Virus record (IMG/VR): IMGVR_UViG_3300045116_000675
Location: 1-36,627 of that record
Source: a virus
Lineage: Duplodnaviria; Caudoviricetes
Reading direction: 5' to 3' (one strand)
DNA: 36,627 nt
In this document: positions 35,194 through 36,627 of the stretch, piece after piece
How the letters are laid out: each line of letters begins with the position of its first letter
How positions within the stretch are numbered: the first letter of the stretch is position 1
Program-made: the position numbers and the translations under genes
Notes under the pieces: generated by a model
Told to the model about the DNA's origin: nothing
Databases searched by the model: none
Seen by the model: the letters and a program-made list of their open reading frames with translations, nothing else

Positions 35194-35197
35194 GATT

Positions 35198-35226
35198 TAT
35201 ATACTACTTTAATTAACATATAAATA
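35198..35226 (+). promoter_or_regulatory. Putative late promoter
   Basis: TATATA 35198, TTAA 35213, TATAAATA 35219, ATG 29 nt later. Confidence 0.6.
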
Positions 35227-35247
35227 GATAAATTAATACTTAATAAA

Positions 35248-35946
35248 ATGGCCTACCTATTTTCACAGTATAGAAGCGGGTTGCAATTCACAGCCGGAAC
35301 CATAACTGGGAGTATTCTTGGAACATCCGGGCTAAATCCAATTGTTGACAGATTAAACTCAATTGCATTGTCAGATAATTTGATAACCGGAAGTATGGTG
35401 AGCGGAACAAACACAAACATTTATGCATCTGGAATGCAACTTAAAGGAAATCTTAGCGGAACAAACATAGACATTTATGTCAGTGATGTTTTTACTAATG
35501 GTCGGGTCAGCGGAACATCTCTTTTATTGTACGCTTCTGGTGGGAATTTAACCGGTGGAAAAACAAGCATTTCACCACTTTACATTAATGTAGGATCTTC
35601 TCCTGTTGGTAGGTATTATAATTATATAACTCATTTTGTAACTTTGGGAGAAGTGTGGGAATTATCATTGCCATTAAACATACCAAATGGTGCTAAAATA
35701 AATCAAATTATGCTCGATGGATACTCGGGGAATACTGCAATAACCTTTGGTGTAAGAAGAGCTGAAATTGGTAATCCAGGAACATATATCGCTTCCGGTA
35801 CTGCAACATTTCCTGGAGGTTCAATTGTTAATCCTGGATTGGGTTCTGTTATAGACAACACAAATTATCATTATTTTATTTATTTTACTCCCACAACTAT
35901 CGGATCTAACTTTCAATTTGCTGGAGGTTATGTGGACCACTCATGA
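35248..35946 (+). CDS. Tail fibre-like protein with 18-aa repeats
   Basis: VSGTNTNIYASG / LSGTNIDIYVSD / VSGTSLLLYASG at an 18-aa period. Confidence 0.65.
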   Translation: MAYLFSQYRSGLQFTAGTITGSILGTSGLNPIVDRLNSIALSDNLITGSMVSGTNTNIYASGMQLKGNLSGTNIDIYVSDVFTNGRVSGTSLLLYASGGNLTGGKTSISPLYINVGSSPVGRYYNYITHFVTLGEVWELSLPLNIPNGAKINQIMLDGYSGNTAITFGVRRAEIGNPGTYIASGTATFPGGSIVNPGLGSVIDNTNYHYFIYFTPTTIGSNFQFAGGYVDHS

Positions 35947-35986
35947 TAGAAAAATATTTTAAATATTCAATCAATAGGAGAAAATT

Positions 35987-36193
35987 ATGAACGGGCTAAA
36001 CATAACTGAAGATGAATTTATGAAACTTCCAGTAAAACAACAAAATGCAATTCTATACCAAAATACCGAATTAATAAAAAAAATGATAGGGGGATATAGA
36101 TTTCAACAGCGAATAGTCATAGGATGGTTAAGTGGATTTACTGTTCTTGGAGGATATTTAGCAATTCAACTTATTGATCATCTAAAAACATAA
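35987..36193 (+). CDS. Small protein with C-terminal transmembrane helix (lysis-module candidate)
   Basis: SD AGGAG; IVIGWLSGFTVLGGYLAIQLI. Confidence 0.65.
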   Translation: MNGLNITEDEFMKLPVKQQNAILYQNTELIKKMIGGYRFQQRIVIGWLSGFTVLGGYLAIQLIDHLKT

Positions 36194-36202
36194 GGAGGTA
36201 AA

Positions 36203-36406
36203 ATGGCAAGGTTTAGTTTAGAAGATTGGGAATTTGGCGCATGGCTTAAGGGATTCTTAGACATGAAATTTGTCAAAGAAACCGTTAAGTTTGCAATTCC
36301 AGCAATCGCGTTATGGTTCACAACTGGTAGCTACTGGTTGACTGCCCCAGGCACAATTGTTGGTAAGGCAATTCTTGATCTACTTCATTACTGGGTGAAA
36401 GAATAA
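36203..36406 (+). CDS. Small membrane protein (holin-like candidate)
   Basis: SD AGGAGGT; hydrophobic segments; located after tail genes. Confidence 0.6.
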   Translation: MARFSLEDWEFGAWLKGFLDMKFVKETVKFAIPAIALWFTTGSYWLTAPGTIVGKAILDLLHYWVKE

Positions 36407-36627
36407 TGGCGGAGCAAATAATTGATGGTACGGGGTCGGGTTACCCGCTTAGAGTAAACATAGAAGGAGCGCTTTTATCTGACGTAGCAAACGCCGCGCT
36501 TACTTTGATTTATTCTGGAACGGTTATCGGTAGTATAATCCGTTTTCCAATAAATACCACAGGAAGTTTTGTTCGTGTTTTGACGTATACGGGAAATAAT
36601 TTAACGGGGGTTGGCAGTTGGGTATGA
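36406..36627 (+). CDS. Hypothetical protein
   Basis: 73-aa ORF in a TAATG overlap; ends at the window edge with TGA. Confidence 0.6.
   Translation: MAEQIIDGTGSGYPLRVNIEGALLSDVANAALTLIYSGTVIGSIIRFPINTTGSFVRVLTYTGNNLTGVGSWV

Larger units (their letters stand above)
1..36627 (+). mobile_element. Tailed dsDNA virus genome segment (Caudoviricetes, siphovirus-like), probably infecting an archaeon
   Basis: Colinear terminase-portal-protease-HK97 capsid-neck-tail tube-chaperone-tape measure-hub order; all genes on +; TATA-type promoters and oligo-T terminators; no integrase or host genes in window. Confidence 0.95.

Noticed and set aside
1-36627. tRNA/rRNA genes, integrase/att sites, reverse transcriptase (DGR or retron)
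   Set aside because: None recognisable by eye; a tRNAscan/Infernal run would be needed to exclude small RNAs formally

Overview
A 36.6-kb, AT-rich segment of a tailed dsDNA virus (Caudoviricetes, siphovirus-like), with every credible gene on the + strand. TATA-box promoters about 29 nt upstream of start codons and oligo-T terminators suggest an archaeal host (inference). In order, it carries: small accessory genes (three HNH nucleases, a secreted metzincin-type protease, an AbrB-like regulator); a ~10-kb glycan biosynthesis cluster (5 glycosyltransferases, methyltransferases, a TPP-dependent E1 alpha/beta pair, cupin, GDP-sugar dehydratase, epimerase/reductase); a ParB-methylase; terminase; portal; protease/scaffold; HK97-type capsid; neck, tail, tape measure and hub genes. 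The standout is 13207-14757. A stand-alone Cas7/RAMP-like gene and a small helical partner precede a separately promoted non-coding array of seven ~85-nt units. Each unit is 10-14 in-register pentamers (conserved GGY-like triplet plus variable dinucleotide), and units are separated by an AATCATAHTC linker. This looks like a virus-encoded, non-CRISPR RNA-guided system whose guide information lies in the spaced dinucleotides. All counts and alignments were done by eye; no database search was possible.
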